Of a DNA stretch of 64,000 bases, positions 32,776-50,479 are shown one piece after another. A model generated the notes under the pieces. The model worked only from the letters and a program-made list of their open reading frames with translations. It made no database searches and was not told the origin of the DNA. Source of the DNA: the human T2T-CHM13v2.0 reference genome, Homo sapiens; assembly GCA_009914755.4 (NCBI GenBank), contig CP086569.2, forward strand, positions 1,664,001-1,728,000. Direction: 5' to 3'. Made by a program: the position numbers and the translations under genes. Position 1 is the first letter of the stretch, and each line of letters begins with the position of its first letter.

Positions 32776-34165
32776 ACAGTATGTGGCATAGACATGAATC
32801 CAACCTTCAGCTTAGCCTGGGGTAACCCAGCCTATATCTGCACCAACCTAGCTGACTGGTAGACTCACATATTTAAAAAAGAAATAAATACTTATTATGG
32901 TAGAGAATTGAGATTTAGGACTATTTGTTATCCAGCATAACTTCAGGTGTAGCTGACTGATACAGAAAGCAGGCATCTTCTAGGGTGGGAAAAGGCTCTT
33001 AGCACAAAACTTCTCTAAGAAAAGATTTCACAACCAATTGTTTGCATGTTTTCATAGTTTTTAAATGTGGAGCAAAGGTAAAGAGTTAGGGAATGGTTTC
33101 ATATTTTTTTCTTCTTGTTTGTAAATGTATGTATGATGATGTGTATCTCACCTTGAAATTTCAAACATGTTTTATCTTGGTGTCTATTGGAGACTGCATT
33201 TTAACATTCTCTTTCAAAAGGTATTTGTATGGGGGAGAAATGGGTGTGTGTATATGTGCAAGATATTTGAAGACCCCAAATCATCCCTTACCCCTCCTCT
33301 CTTCAGAGGTAATTACTACCCTGAAGGGGAAATGTATTCTTCACATTCATCCTTGGGTTTTTTTTTAATCTTTATGTTTGTACTTATCTGTAACACTATA
33401 ATCTAAAATATATTTCACAAGGAATATACAGAGATGGCAAATTTTTCTTTTATATATTGACTTGATGTCACAGGTAATAATTCAAAATCCTTTTGCCTCT
33501 CTTGAAACTGTCGCTGTGATTTCAACTTTCCAAGTGCCTCTTTGATAAATTGTGTTTTTATCTGCTGGAAGAAAAAATAGACTAAATTTACCATAACATC
33601 CATTTTCATGTGGCAAATTTGAGGTATTTATTTCTCCTTAACTGATGACAATTTTCTGACTCCAGATGAAGTTCTTTCCCCAAACGATGTTTTCGTGTTT
33701 TTTTTTCCCTACAAAAGCCAAATTTCCACTAATTTAAAACCAAACAAGTGTCTTGATTTAGATGCTGACATAATCAAAGCTATGCACACAGCTCTCTGTT
33801 TTCCACTTTCTGGATATTTGGATGAAGAAATGAAATGTGTCAGAAATAAATCCTTTGGGGTAAATTTGTAATTAAGCTCTGAAGAAATGCTTTTGTACAT
33901 CAGATTTAAATCTCCACGCCTCTAAAAAATCCAATTCGATGCACATTTGGAAACATTCGTCTTGTAAATGCAGAGGTCTCTGTTTCTGAGATCCGTCTAC
34001 AAGAGCGCAGAAACTTAACAGCTGTAGCAATATTGCTGCCAAGCAGGTGGGGGCAATAAAGATAACAAAGCTAGTGGGGTCTCTGTAGGATGGACATTGC
34101 CTGTGAAATGCATCCTCCTCTTCTGAACAGATCTCTGATTTGTTCATCTTTTCTCTGTCTCTCCT

Positions 34166-34501
<336 letters not shown>

Positions 34502-34939
34502 TGAGTCTGTGCCGCAAGGAGGCTGCTTCTACCTGCCCTCCAGGGCTGATCCTTCAGCAATGATTGATTTAGAAAAGCACATGCAACTGAACCCTGTCCA
34601 ATAATATGGGAGAGACCTTCTCCTGTGGGTACAGCTTTGGGGGAAAGTTTTCTCCTTCCTAAGAAGACTAAAAGATGGATTCTGTTTTTTCTCTCCACGT
34701 CGTGGCATGTGGATAAGTTGACTGTGAGATTCTGGCTTACCCAATCTGATTTCCTAACACAGGGATTCCTGGAGACGATCAACTTTGGACATTCTCTGGT
34801 TTGGATATAGTTTGTCTGGTCCCACCAAGTCTCATGTGGAAATCTGATCTCCAGTGTTGAAGGCGGGGCCTGGCGGGAGGTGTTTGGGTCATGGGGTTAA
34901 ATCCCTCATGAATGGCATGGTGCCATTCTCAAGACAGTG

Positions 34940-35395
34940 AGTGGGTTCTTACTTAATTTATTTTATTTTTATTTTTTATTACACTTTAAGTTCTGGGGAT
35001 ACATGTGCAGAACGTGCAGGTTTGTTACATAGGTATGCATGTGCCATGGTGGTTTGCTGCACCCATCAACCCATCATCTACATTAGGTATTTCTCCTAAT
35101 GCTCCCCCTCCCCTAGCCCCTCACCCCCTGACAGGCCCCCAGTGTGTGATGTTCCCCTCCCTGTGTCCATGTGTTCTCATTGTTCAACTCCCACTTATGA
35201 GTGAGAATGTGCGGTGTTTGGTTTTCTGTTCCTGTGTTAGTTTACTGAGAATGATGGTTTGCAGCTTCATCTATGTCTCTGCAAAGGACATGGCCTCATC
35301 CTTTTTTATGGCTGCATAGCATTCCATTGTGTCTATGTGCCACGTTTTCTTTATCCGGTCTATCATTGATGGGCATTTCTTACTTTTAGTTCCCA
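34940..35395 (-). mobile_element. LINE-1 3' end (ORF2 C-terminus + 3' UTR), antisense
   Basis: cactttaagttctggggatacatgtgcagaacgtgcaggtttgttacataggtatgcatgtgccatggtggtttgctgcacccatcaacccatcatctacattaggtatttctcctaatgct...ctcccacttatgagtgagaatgtgcggtgtttggttttctgttcctgtgttagtttactgagaatgatggtttgcagcttcatctatgtctctgcaaaggacatgg...ggctgcatagcattccattgtgtctatgtgccacgttttctttatccggtctatcattgatgggcattt. Confidence 0.92.
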
Positions 35396-35577
35396 GAAGA
35401 GCTGGCTTTTGAAAACAGCCCGGCACCTCAGCTGTGTCTCTTGTGCTGTGTGTTCTCTGTACACGCCAGCTCTCTGTCCCCTTCCACCAGGAGTGGAAGT
35501 TTCCTGAGGTTTTCATCAGAAGCAGATGTGGGCGCCATGCTTCCTGTGTACCCTGTAGAACTGGGAGCCAAATAAAC

Positions 35578-36050
<473 letters not shown>

Positions 36051-36202
36051 TGAGAAAGCAATGAGATTTGCAGAGGTAGAGCCAGCTGGGCAGAGATACT
36101 TGTGTGAGAGTCATTGGTGGATCGTGCTGTGAGTGAAGACAAAATTGCGTCCAGCAGCACACGGCAAGGAAGGTCTAGGACTCACCTTAAGGAAATTAAG
36201 AT

Positions 36203-36490
36203 GGTGGCTCACGCCTGTCATCCCAGCACTTTGGTAGGCCGAGGCGGGTGGATCACGAGATCAAGAGATCGAGACTACCCTGGCCAACATGGAGAAACCC
36301 CACCTCTAGTAAAAATACAAAAATTAGCCGGACATGGTGGTACATGCCTGTAGTCCCAGCTATGTGGGAGGCTGAGGCAGGAGAATCACCTGAACCCAGG
36401 AGGCAGAGGTTGCCGTGAGCCTAGATCATGCCATTGCACTCCAGCCTGGTGACAGAGAAAGTCTCCGTCTCAAAAAAAAAAAAAAAAAAA
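36203..36490 (+). mobile_element. Alu (slightly 5'-truncated)
   Basis: gatggtggctcacgcctgtcatcccagcactttggtaggccgaggcgggtggatcacgagatcaagagatcgagac...ggtgacagagaaagtctccgtctcaaaaaaaaaaaaaaaaaaa. Confidence 0.9.
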
Positions 36491-36505
36491 GATGGTTAAA
36501 AGTCA

Positions 36506-36880
<375 letters not shown>

Positions 36881-37043
36881 AGTGATGGAAAACTAGGAGA
36901 GACAGTGCACCAAGAAGAAAGTCATGAGTCCTCCCAGATTCCGCTGACCAGTCCATCCCAAGATGGCAGGAAAGGCAGCAAAATATTCACAGAGGCAGGG
37001 CCAGGGTAGGTTTAGTGGACAGAGAAAAGGGCATGCATTTCCT

Positions 37044-37092
37044 ATGCTGTACCAAAGTGCTGGGATTACAGGTGTGAGCCACCGCACCCAGC
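37044..37092 (-). mobile_element. Short Alu fragment
   Basis: ccaaagtgctgggattacaggtgtgagccaccgcacccagcc. Confidence 0.75.
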
Positions 37093-37107
37093 CTGAAAAA
37101 AATTTTT

Positions 37108-37553
<446 letters not shown>

Positions 37554-37639
37554 TTGGAGAAGATACAAAATGCAAAGGCCTGGGAACTGTGTTTGAGATG
37601 GAAAGTCAAAACTTGGAAAATGATTATACTGGGTTGAGC

Positions 37640-37900
37640 AAGGTCCTCCTATGAAATCCACATTCACGCAGAATCTTGAATGTAGAGCTTATCAAAAAGT
37701 AGGGTCATTGCAAAGGTACTTGGTTAAGAGGAGGTCATGCTGGATTCAGGAGGGCCCTAATGCAAGGGCTGGTGCCTTATAAGAGGGGGAAAAGTTGGAT
37801 ACAAAGAGGAGAAGGCCACTTGCAGAGGGAGGCAGAGACTGGAGTGATGTAACCGCAGACTAACTCAGGGATACTTGGAGCCCCCAGGAGCTGGGAGAGG
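37640..37900 (-). mobile_element. Fragment of the same interspersed repeat family as 54250-55700 (antisense)
   Basis: ...ggtcatgctggattcaggagggccctaatgcaagggctggtgccttataagaggg... is the reverse complement of the ttataaggacacc...ggatttagggcccaccctaat...gatgacctc motif block. Confidence 0.55.
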
Positions 37901-37909
37901 CAGGAAGGA

Positions 37910-38030
37910 TTTAGTTTAGCTTGATTTAGTTATTCCACAATGTGTATTTGTATCAAAACATCATGTTGCATGCCATAAATAGATGCAATTCTTATTTGTA
38001 TTATTAACACAAAGTGCATTATTTTAAAAT
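37910..38030. repeat. Dispersed copy of the LTR segment also present at 23800-23930 and 24700-24830
   Basis: gtttagcttgatttagttattccacaatgtgtatttgtatcaaaacatcatgttgcatgccataaatagatgcaattc... matches cgttagcttgatttagctgttccacaatgtgtatatatatattgcaaaataacatagcgtgccatggtaaataaatgccattt. Confidence 0.6.
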
Positions 38031-38042
38031 TTTAAGAGATTA

Positions 38043-38400
<358 letters not shown>

Positions 38401-38620
38401 ATTGAAATTGATTTTTAAATTGGCAGCTGTAAAATATGCAGCCCAAGCTTTGTTACTGGCCTCATTCTTTTATTTCCTACTTTTTTTTTTTTTTTACTTC
38501 AAAATTGGATCCAATAATAACAAGCATTCTCTGAGGCTTTTCTGTGAGAAAGAACAATGAAGGTAACGTCTAAACACAAATTAAAACCTCATACCAAGGA
38601 ACTGCTTTTTAAATATGTAA

Positions 38621-38929
<309 letters not shown>

Positions 38930-38969
38930 TAATAAGTGGTTTTAAATTTAAGTCATAAGAAAGGAAAGG

Positions 38970-39386
<417 letters not shown>

Positions 39387-39762
39387 TTACGTCGACACCT
39401 TTTCATAGCACTCACCTTAACAGGAAAATTTAAGCACGTTTAGGGACGGGAGCTTTTTTGCCTTTCGAGAGGGTGGTGGCGTTTTGGAGGTGAGGTGCTT
39501 TTTTTTGTTTTGTTTTCTGGATGAGACAGACTCCAAAAGAACAATCACGCTGGAAAACCAACATAGTGATTTTCCTTCGCAAAGAGAACAAATTGCTGGT
39601 ACCATTCCCACATCAGCAATCAGCCTGGCTTTCCTGCATGGCTGCCAAAAAACAAGGCAGCTTTTGACAAAGTTGCCGTGCATGGATTCTGGAAGCAAGA
39701 TGAGCTACTCGTCCCAGGCATGATATAGGGGAAAAGTCGGTAAGGGCCATACTAAGGATTTA

Positions 39763-40041
<279 letters not shown>

Positions 40042-40536
40042 TTCACACATTTTCTTGGGGCCATATTATTAAACATTCTTGAAGCGACTGGTTCTAGGCT
40101 GTTTTGTTCTGTGCTGACAATTGCAATCGCTAGAATGTGAAGACGCACCGGGAGAGCCCTTTCCAAACCCTTTGGAGCAAATGAGGAAGAGAAAGGAAGG
40201 GAGATGCAGAGAAATTAGCCAGGGGGTAATGGCCTGCCCAGGCTACATGGGAGCATGTGGTTTAGAGAGGCAGCTATTATACAAGGAGCTGAACCCCAGA
40301 ATTAGACAGACTGTACCCCAGTTCTGGTTGGAAGATGGCACAGAGCGGGGAGGGGGATTAGACGTGGTGTCACGGCGAAGGTCATCTTCCTGAACCGCTC
40401 CAAGAGACAGGCCCCCCAACGCCTGCTCCATGACCAGGCAGTGGGTTTTGGAAGTGGGGGAGAAGAGCTGTGATACTTAATTCATGGGGTTGTCCCCATC
40501 TCCTCCTTCCTACACGGCCTAGAGAACTGTCACTGA

Positions 40537-40931
<395 letters not shown>

Positions 40932-41034
40932 AGATATTTATATTTCAACGTTCTGTCTCACAAACATCAGAGCAGCAGGGACCACCACATAAATAGCTTT
41001 GATATGGAGTGTACACACTCAGCCTAAGAAATAA

Positions 41035-41369
<335 letters not shown>

Positions 41370-41384
41370 TGAAGATTCCTTTCT

Positions 41385-41690
41385 TGTTTGTTTGTTTTTC
41401 TTTTTTGAGACAGGGTCTTTCTCTGTTGTCCAGGCTGGAGCGTAGTGGCACACTCACAGCTCACTGCAATCTCAAACTCCCTGCCTCAAGCAATCCTCCT
41501 GCCTCAGCCTCCCTAGTAGCTGGGACTACAGGCATGCGCCACTGTGCCTGGCTAATTTTATCATTTTTGGTAGAGCTGAGGTCTCACTACGTTGCCCAGG
41601 CTGGTCTCCAACTCCTAGGTTCAAGTGATCCTTGCACCTCAGCCTCCCAAAGTTACTGCAATTACAAGCATGAGCCACTGTGCCCAGAAA
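41385..41690 (-). mobile_element. Older Alu (AluJ-like)
   Basis: cttttttgagacagggtctttctctgttgtccaggctggagcgtagtggcacactcacagctcactgcaatctcaaactccctgcctcaagcaatcctcc...cccaaagttactgcaattacaagcatgagccactgtgcccag. Confidence 0.85.
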
Positions 41691-41769
41691 ATCAGATTCT
41701 TGGTTGAAGATGGAGGTGAATGCAAGCTAGTATTGTTTGCCCAAAGATGTGGTTCTCCACCTTCGTCAA

Positions 41770-42860
41770 TTTTTTATTATTATTATACTTTAAGTTCTAG
41801 GGTACATGTGCACAACGTGCAGGTTTGTTACATAGGTATACATGTGCCATGTTGGTGTGCTGCACCCATTAACTCGTCGTTTACATTAGGTATATCTCCT
41901 AATGCTCTCCCTCCCTAGCCCCTCACCCCACCACAGGCCCCGGTGTGTGATGTTCCCCACCCTGTGTCCAAGTGTTCTCATTGTTCAATTCCCACCTATG
42001 AGTGAGAACATGTGGTGTTTGGTTTTCTGTCCTTGCGATAGTTTGCTGAGAATGATGGTTTCCAGCTTCATCCATGTCCCTGCAAAGACATGAACTCAAC
42101 CTTTTTTATGGCTGCATAGTATTCCATGGTGTCTATGTGCCACATTGTCTTAATCCAGTCTATCATTGATGGACATTTGGGTTGGTTCCAAGTCTTTGCT
42201 ATTGTGGACAGTGCCGCCATAAACTTACGTGTGCATGTGTCTTTATAGCAGCATGAGTTATAGTCCTTTGGGTACATACCCAGTAATGGGATGGCTGGGT
42301 CAAATGGTATTTCTAGTTCTAGATCCCTGAGGAATCGCCACACTGTCTTCCACAATGGTTGAACTAGTTTACAGTCCCACCAACAGTGTAAAAGCGTTCC
42401 TATTTCTCCACATCCTCTCCAGGACCTGTTGTTTCCTGACTTTTTAATGATTGCCATTCTAACTGGTGTGAGACGGTATCTCATTGTGGTTTTGATTTGA
42501 ATTTCTCTGATGGCCAGTGATGATGAGCATTTTTTCATGTATCTGTTGGCTGCATAAATGTCTTCTTTTGTGAAGTGTCTGTTCTGATCCTTTGCCCACT
42601 TTTTGATGGCGTTGTTTGTTTTTTCTTGTAAATTTGTTAATGTTCTTTGTAGATTCTGGATATTAGCCCTTTGTCAGATGGGTAGATTGCAAAAATTTTA
42701 TAATCCTTTGGGTATATAACCAGTCATGGGATGGCTGGTTCAAATGGTATTTCTAGTTCTAGATCCCTGAGGAATTGCCACACTGTCTTCCACAATAGTT
42801 GAACTAGTTTACACTCCCACCAACAGTGTAAAAGCGTTCCTATTTCTCCACATCTTCTCC
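41770..42860 (-). mobile_element. LINE-1 3' ~1 kb (ORF2 C-terminus + 3' UTR), antisense, with internal ~160-bp duplication; ORF2 remnant ORF 42068..42538
   Basis: ctttaagttctagggtacatgtgcacaacgtgcaggtttgttacataggtatacatgtgccatgttggtgtgctgcacccattaactcgtcgtttacattaggtatatctcctaatgct... through ...ccagtgatgatgagcattttttcatgtatctgttggctgcataaatgtcttcttttgtgaagtgtctgttc...ggatattagccctttgtcagatgggtagattgcaaaaatttt. The ORF-track 156-aa protein (42068..42538, -) reads ...[78 protein letters not shown]..., which is L1 ORF2p C-terminal sequence. Segment 42700-42860 repeats 42270-42430. Confidence 0.93.
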
Positions 42861-43342
42861 CGCCTTTGTCAATTCTAAGCAGCCAGCAGCCCTGTTACAG
42901 CTCCCATCAATCACACTCTGTTCTGTGGCTTTTGTGCAAGCCAGAAGCATATCCTTAGAGTCTTATAAATACAGAAAAATAACTGGGTTTATGTTTTTCT
43001 TTAAGGAGTGCTTGATGATTGTAGAAATAGTGGACTCAAGTACATTCATATCAATAACAGTCCAGGAAATGTTGGCAAAAAAAAAATCCATTGATCTTTA
43101 ATTTGCTGTTTGAATCATTATACCTTCTTCTGTGTGTTTTTTGGATTTTCTGAGAAGAGGAAATCCAGTAGGTAGAGTGCAATACAATACATTGATCCAA
43201 AAATCTACTGCCATAGCAAATCCCATCTATCCATAATGTGTTCACTGTCTGCATTTTTCTCAAGTTTTTTCTTTTCATGACAACTTGATTAATACAAAGC
43301 AGACTCTGTAGATGACCTAGATTATTTATTATTATTATCATT

Positions 43343-43640
<298 letters not shown>

Positions 43641-43779
43641 AGACCTAGATTTTTGTCTTTTTGTTTTTCTTTGTTTTCTTTAGTAGAAAATTCTTTCTGT
43701 ACTCATTGTACGGGATTCCTTTCAACATCATTTCTGGCTGTTTTTACGTTTGTAGTTAATGTGCAGACCACAACATACC

Positions 43780-44068
<289 letters not shown>

Positions 44069-44129
44069 CCCCGCAACATTATTTTTAAGGGCAACTTCCT
44101 CAACACCAGAAGACGGTACCAGGGACAGT

Positions 44130-44470
44130 TTCTTTTCTTTTTTTTTGTTTTTTTTGTTTTCGTGTTTTGAGATGGACTCTCGCTCCGTCACCCAGGCTGG
44201 ATAGCAGGGGCACGATCTTGGCTCACTGTTACCTCTGCCTCCGGGTTCAAGCAATTCTCTTGCCTCAGCCTCCTGAGTAGCTGGGATTACAGGTGTGCAC
44301 CACCGTGCCTGGCTAATTTTTGTATTTTTAATAGAGACGGGGTTTCACCATGTTGGCCAGGCTGGTCTCGAACTCCTGATCAGGCTGGTCTCGAACTCCT
44401 GACCTCGTGATCCGCCCGCCTCGGCCTCCCAAAGCGCTGGGATGACAGGCGTGAGCCACCGCGCCCGGCC
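44130..44470 (-). mobile_element. Alu with short internal duplication
   Basis: ttttttttgttttttttgttttcgtgttttgagatggactctcgctccgtcacccaggctggatagcaggggcacgatc...caggctggtctcgaactcctgatcaggctggtctcgaactcctgacctcgtgatccgcccgcctcggcctcccaaagcgctgggatgacaggcgtgagccaccgcgcccggcc. Confidence 0.9.
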
Positions 44471-44758
44471 CACCAGAGACAGTTTCAAGGCAGAAATGGG
44501 ATATGTGTGGGCGATGCTTTTGCATTGACGGATGGTTTCTTTGCTGGAGGCTGGCAGATGGGTGGCAATGTGGAAAGCTATAGATTGGAATGAAACAGCA
44601 TGGTGCTCTTCCCTGCCTTAAATTCCTGCATAGCTTTGTTCACTCACTTGAAGAAAACCCCCCAGAGGACGTGACCAATAGTATAAACAACTACCGTGTT
44701 AACTCTGGCACCTGGTTGAAATTCAACCCTTGTACGATACACATTGAAAAGCACAAAA

Positions 44759-45386
<628 letters not shown>

Positions 45387-45390
<4 letters not shown>

Positions 45391-45630
45391 GAGTCTTACT
45401 ATCTTGCCCAGGCTGGAGTGCAGTGGCATGATTTCAGCTCGCCGCAACCTCCGCCTCCCAGGTTCAAAAGATTCTCCTGCCTCAGACTCCACGCCCGGCT
45501 AATTTGTGTATTTTTAGTAGAGACGGGGTTTCACCATGTTGGCCAGGCTGGTCTCAAACTCCTGACCTCAAGGGATCCGCCCACCTCGGCCTCCCAAAGT
45601 GGTGGGATGACAGGCGTGGGCCACTGCGGG
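45387..45630 (-). mobile_element. Alu with internal deletion
   Basis: gagagagagtcttactatcttgcccaggctggagtgcagtggcatgatttcagctcgccgcaacctccgcctcccaggttcaaaagattctcctgcctcagactccacgcccggctaatttgtgtatttttagtagagacggggtttcaccatgttggcc...ggtgggatgacaggcgtgggccactgc. Confidence 0.85.
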
Positions 45631-46142
45631 AATTCTGTCAGAAGAGCAAGAAACAGGTTACACAACTAACCACCATCTCGGATTCCTTGATAGGATTCAA
45701 CAGCTGTCTCCCACCATGGGCAGGATGGCCAGCATGGCGGCTCTCAAACCTTCCTTGTGCTTGTGAAACTGGAATTCTGACTCAGTGGATCTAGGGAAGC
45801 CTGAGATGCTGAATGTCTAGTAAGGTACCCAGTGATGCGAATACCACTGGTCCATAGACCACACTTTGAGTAGGGAGCGTATGGGGGAACTGAGGGTTGC
45901 TATGGGGTGGCCAGAGGTATGGAGAGCTAGCTCAGCTGGAGGAACTGTGACAGAGGCTTCAGAGAGCCAGGGGAACATCAGTGTGTCTCAGGATGGCGCT
46001 GGGAGCTTTGTCTATCTACCGGGCTTCATCACTCCAAACCTGCAGCTATAGACCTAGAGGCCTCTACCTGGGGCCCAAATGATTGGTCCAAGCTGGTAGG
46101 TGATCTCTGTGGGAAAGGAGAAAGAACCATATTATTGTCTGA

Positions 46143-46463
<321 letters not shown>

Positions 46464-46814
46464 TCAGAAGCTGTCCAAAGCAGAGATGAGCAAATGGCAG
46501 TGAGAAACATGGTTAGGTCAAAAGGAGGCAGGAAAAAAAAATTAGATGCTTGAGAAAGAGTACCTGCCCATGATAGTCTCATGGGTGGCCTGGTCCATGC
46601 TCCCTGTGGCCTCGGCCATTTTGGTTGGCCCGGGACTTGGTGAGTCAGGAGACTCAGCAGGAGGAAAAAATGCAAGGTCAGTGGAATGTTCCCGGATTCG
46701 ACCAGAAGGCTGTAAAGTGACATGGTGGAGGGATTCCTCAAGCCAAGCTCAAGCCAAGAGGTGGAATGGAGCTTGGACGGATGGTTGACTATCCGCCAGT
46801 CCTTCACAGCCTGA

Positions 46815-46870
46815 GAAGCAATAAATAAATAAATAAATAAATTTTATAAATAAAATAAAATAAAACAATT
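46815..46870. repeat. (AAATA)n / A-rich simple repeat
   Basis: aataaataaataaataaataaattttataaataaaataaaataaaac. Confidence 0.85.
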
Positions 46871-47397
46871 TTTTAAAAAAAGGCAGCCTTTTCAATTTTA
46901 GGGGAGCTGGAACGAGAACCGCTTCTCAGATGCCAGGGAAATTCACCAGGCCACCCCATGAGACCTTTCAGAGCTTCCTAAGTGGCAAAGCAGGAGCCTC
47001 ACCCTCTTAGACAAACACTGCCATTTGAAGTTTCCCTTGATTAAAAAATCGCCCAAATCCAGCCCCCAAACATCAGCCTAATGGCTAATGTCAGCATAAC
47101 CAGAAACATTCCATCCCTAAGATAAACCCACTTCCAAGCAGAAACATGCCAACCCTGAGATAGCCTCCCCTCTGACCAGAGACATTCCGGTCCCAAAATA
47201 AACTTTCCCCTCACGTACAAACATTCCGAACACGTGATAACCTCCCCCCTTCCTAAACCCTTAAATACCCTTGATCTATTAAGAAAGAACGCTCCTGACC
47301 GAAATCAGCCAGAAGCCCGTCTCATATTTATCCTCCAAAATAAACCTGTCTTTGACTGTTGAGTTGCTTTCCGTGTTTCTTTTCTCTTTCTTTAAAC

Positions 47398-47693
47398 TCT
47401 TTTTTTGTTGTTGTTGTTGAGACAGAGTCTCACTCAGTGGCCAGGCTGGAGTGCAATGGTGCGATCTCGGCTCACCACAAGCTCCGCCTGCTGGGTTCAC
47501 GCCATTCTCTTGCCTCAGCCTCTTAGTAGCTGGGACTACAGGCGCCCGCCACCACACCCGGCTTTTTTGTATTTTTAGTAGAGACACGGTTTCACCGTGT
47601 TAGCCAGGATGGTCTCGATCTCCTGATCTCATGATCCACCCGCCTCGGCCTCCCAAAGTGCTGGATGACAGGTGTGAGTCACCGTGCCTGGCC
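47398..47693 (-). mobile_element. Alu with TSD ctttaa(a)ctct
   Basis: Flanks ctttctttaaactctttttttg (47383) and ggccctctttaactcttac (47690). Body ttgttgttgttgagacagagtctcactcagtggccaggctggagtgcaatggtgcgatc...caaagtgctggatgacaggtgtgagtcaccgtgcctggcc. Confidence 0.9.
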
Positions 47694-48117
47694 CTCTTTA
47701 ACTCTTACACCGAGGATGTTCTGTCATTATCACACTACATACAAGCCACGCTCTTAAAGTCCCTGGAAGTAGAATTGAAACGCGGCAAAGATTGTTTTGA
47801 AGTTCATGGAGACTATTAAGATGAGGCACTGTGCTGAAACGTAGTGGAATCTGAACTGGAATTAGAACTAGAATAGATAAGTTGCCCTAAAGTCCTCGAT
47901 GTAATCCATTGTCCAGTCGTTGAAGCCAGTCAGTCACTCCATCACATCCCTATAGCTCTGGATTCCTTTCAGCCTGACAGAGAGTTGATCTGTTGTTTGG
48001 AAGTATCAACCAACACAGGTTGGTGCTTCATCACGGAGGTCAACGTGAGTGTTGTCTGGATGGTGGGATTTTCCAATGAGTCTTGAAAGGTGAACACTCC
48101 TTAAAAACGTCTTAGGG

Positions 48118-48400
48118 AGGCCAGGCGCAGTGGTTCACGCCTGTTATCCCAGCACTTTAGGAGGCTGAGGTGGGCGGATTACCTGAGGTTGGGAGTTCAA
48201 GACCAGCCTGGCCAACATGGTGAAACCCCGTCTCTACTAAAAATACAAAAATTAGCCAGGTGTGGTGACACACGCCTATAATCCCAGCTACTCAAGAGGC
48301 TGAGGCAGGAGAATTGCTTGAACCTGGGAGGCAGACACTGCAGTGAGCCAAGTTGCACTACTGTACTTCCAGCCTGGGTGACAGAGCAAGACTCTGAGAG
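48118..48400 (+). mobile_element. Alu
   Basis: ggccaggcgcagtggttcacgcctgttatcccagcactttaggaggctgaggtgggcggattacctgaggttgggagttcaagac...ccagcctgggtgacagagcaagactctgagagagag. Confidence 0.9.
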
Positions 48401-48441
48401 AGAGTGAGAGAGAGAAAGAAGGAAAGAAGGAAGGAAGGAAG

Positions 48442-48473
<32 letters not shown>

Positions 48474-48850
48474 AAGAAAGAGATAGAAAGAGAGAGAGAG
48501 AAAGGAAAGAAGGGAAACGAAGAAAGGAAGGAAGGAGGGAAGGGAAGGAAGGAAGGAAGGAAGGAAGGAGAGAAAAAAAGAAAGAAAAAAGAGAAAGAAA
48601 GAAAGAGAGAGAAAGAGAAAGAAAGAAAGAGAAAGAGAGAGAGAAAGAAAGAGAGAGAGAGAAAGGAAAGGGAAACGAAGGAAGGGAGGGAGGGAGGGAA
48701 GGGAAGGAAGGAATGAACGAAGGAAGGAGAGAAAAAAAGAAAAAGAAAGAAAGAAAGGAAGGAAGGAAGGAAGGAAGGAAGGAAGGAAGAAAGCAAGAAA
48801 GGAAGGGAGGAAGGGAAAGAAAAGGAAAGAAAGCAAAGAAAGCAAGAAAG
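48400..48850. repeat. Long polypurine (GA)n/(GAAA)n/(GGAA)n composite (~450 bp)
   Basis: gagagagtgagagagagaaagaaggaaagaaggaaggaaggaagg... Source of the K/E/R-rich ORF 48404..48871 (+) and of the S/F/L-rich minus-strand ORFs. Confidence 0.95.
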
Positions 48851-49401
48851 AGAGAAAGAAAGAGGTCTTAGGGTACAAGTGCCCGGGTCATTTTTGGTTC
48901 ACTCAACTTCATTTTCAAGAATACCTGAGAATCCATCCGCTTGTCTGAACACATAACGATGTGACTGTGAAGATCAGCTGGAAAATGCAAGAGGAAAACC
49001 AGGAACTTCCCACTGGCAACAAGCTGAGTAATCAACTTGTCAGGCACAGTCCTTGCCCCAAGCAAATGCTTTGAAAATGATGAGTTTTGATCTTGTATTT
49101 GGTTGGGTCCTGTGCTTTCTGCTAGATACAGGAAGTTATGTGCTCCTTGTATTAACAGCAGACCAAGCCTCTTCCTATGTTATCATTGAAACTATTGATC
49201 AAGGACATGAATCTCTCTCTTTGATTATTAGCCCAGGAATGGAGTTAATTTATTTTATGAACATCACATAAAGTAACCAATGCTTTGGGCAGCTTCATTA
49301 GGACTTTTGAAAAGGCTTAGAAGGCAAATTGAATGATTCAAGAGGCAACATAAGAGAAAGGATAATGGTTTGATGATATCTACACCATAATATCTCACTG
49401 A

Positions 49402-49751
<350 letters not shown>

Positions 49752-49962
49752 TGTAGATCAGTATTTTTATGTGAAGAGGAGAAGAGACACACATACCCAT
49801 GCACTGAGGAAAGACAACTTGAAGATGGAGAAAAGACCACCTCCAAGTCAAGGAATGACTGGAGCTACCAGAAGCTAGCAGAGAAGCATGGTACCAGTTC
49901 TACTGCAGACTGCAGAAGAAACCAACCCCCCGCTAACACCTTGATTTTAAAACTTCTGAGGC

Positions 49963-50446
<484 letters not shown>

Positions 50447-50479
50447 TTAAGTTACTCCAGTTCTAAGTACTTGAGAGCC

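Noticed and set aside
42068-42538. 156-aa ORF as a novel gene (likewise 51645-52037, 58999-59316, 35271-35516, 17644-17976, 15-239)
   Set aside because: All match LINE-1 ORF2p C-terminal sequence (motifs [44 protein letters not shown]) inside recognisable truncated L1 3' ends. These are retrotransposon remnants, not host genes.
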